NCBI GenBank assembly: GCA_040901675.1
Contig: JBBDYJ010000001.1
Location: 139,618 to 203,617 of the forward strand
Source: Pirellulales bacterium
GTDB taxonomy: Bacteria > Planctomycetota > Planctomycetia > Pirellulales > JAICIG01
Length of the DNA: 64,000 nucleotides
Direction: 5' to 3'
Shown: piece by piece, positions 63,013 through 64,000 of the stretch
How positions within the stretch are numbered: the first letter of the stretch is position 1
Layout: each line of letters begins with the position of its first letter
Notes under the pieces: model-generated
Seen by the model: the letters and a program-made list of their open reading frames with translations, nothing else
The model's database searches: none
Told to the model about the DNA's origin: nothing
Program-made: the position numbers and the translations under genes

Positions 63013-64000
63013 CTGCTCTCCGCGCCGGCCAAATCGCCCGCCGCCAGCCGCTCGCCCCCAGCGCTTGCCACGGGCTCTTGCGGCCGTCCCGCTGCATCGA
63101 CCGGCGCCTGCGCCTCGGCATACCGCGCGCCGTACGGCTCGCTCCGCAAGTCCAACAAGCCGCCGGGCCATAGATACGTCCAGGCCACCGCGCCCAGAAA
63201 TGTCACGGCCGCGATCGGCGTGCAGTACTTCAGGCAGACCTTCATCACCTGGTCGATCCGCAGCCTGGGCAGCGTCCAGCGGACCCACATCATGAACGTC
63301 ACCCACAGGCAGCACTTGAAGACGAAGTTCAGCATCCCCAAAAAGTTCCCCAGGTAGCCGGCCAACCAGCCGCTTTCGTGCGTCAGCCCCAGCATCGACG
63401 CCACCGGCACCGGGCCGTTCCAGCCGCCGAAGAACAGGATCGCCGCCAGGCCGCTCACGGCAAACATCGAGCCGTATTCGGCCATGAAAAAGAAGCTCCA
63501 CCGCAGCCCGGAATACTCCGTGTGGAAACCGGCCACCAGTTCGCTTTCGGCCTCGGCCAGGTCGAACGGCGCGCGGTTCACGCTGGCCGTGGCGCAGGTA
63601 AAGTAAACCCAGAACGTGATGAAAGTAAACGGGTCGTGGAAGATCAGCCAGTTGTTCAACCAGCCCGCTTGCAGGCGGCCTATCTCGACCAGGTCCATGG
63701 TGCCGGCGATCAGCACCGGCACCACGACGCAGAGGCCCATCGGCACTTCATAGCTGACCACCTGGGCCGCCTCACGCATGGCGCCGAAAAGCGACCACTT
63801 CGAAGCCGACGCGTAGCCGGCCAGGATCACGCCGAAGACCTCCAGGCCCATCACCGCCAGGATGAAGAACACGGCCGTGTTCAGCCGCACCGCGACCCAG
63901 CCATCGCTGAAAGGAAGCGCCAGAAAGGCGGCGAACGAAGCACAGAAGCTGATATAGGGGGCCAAGCGAAACAACAACGCGTCGGCCCCGGCGGGCATCA
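63009..64000 (-). CDS. nuoH: NADH-quinone oxidoreductase subunit H (5' part outside window)
   Basis: AQVVSYE, NRAPFDLAEAESELVAGFHTEYSG, WTLPRLRIDQ. Confidence 0.96.
   Translation of the reverse strand, partial: MPAGADALLFRLAPYISFCASFAAFLALPFSDGWVAVRLNTAVFFILAVMGLEVFGVILAGYASASKWSLFGAMREAAQVVSYEVPMGLCVVVPVLIAGTMDLVEIGRLQAGWLNNWLIFHDPFTFITFWVYFTCATASVNRAPFDLAEAESELVAGFHTEYSGLRWSFFFMAEYGSMFAVSGLAAILFFGGWNGPVPVASMLGLTHESGWLAGYLGNFLGMLNFVFKCCLWVTFMMWVRWTLPRLRIDQVMKVCLKYCTPIAAVTFLGAVAWTYLWPGGLLDLRSEPYGARYAEAQAPVDAAGRPQEPVASAGGERLAAGDLAGAESR

Overview
A GC-rich bacterial chromosome segment whose gene content and protein style point to Planctomycetota, probably Pirellulales-like (inference). Housekeeping genes: purQ-purL-tyrA, a PilC/GspF-family gene, thiolase, ilvE, lolD/lolE-like, lysS, gap, aroA, msrP, a cyclophilin, mqnA-mqnC (futalosine pathway), two further ABC systems, tatD, the 3' half of a nuo operon (nuoH-J-K-L-M-N, with no nuoI) and tRNA-Lys(TTT). 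Accessory DNA: (i) a lower-GC island (~5.0-11.2 kb) with two unknown secreted proteins, an N-terminally truncated Rhs toxin with an unrecognised C-terminal domain, a DUF4279-like immunity gene and a frameshifted Rhs relic; (ii) a PaeR7I/XhoI-like methyltransferase facing a very divergent endonuclease; (iii) REP-like palindromes and 7-9 bp short tandem repeat arrays between genes. The strongest hidden signal is a gene the ORF track splits in two: 30217..31650 reads through an in-frame TGA in a thioredoxin-type W-U-x-x-C motif, followed by a SECIS-like hairpin. It would encode an exported selenoprotein combining a TlpA-like domain, TPRs and a DsbD-N-like domain. All family assignments come from motif recognition by eye; no database searches were run.
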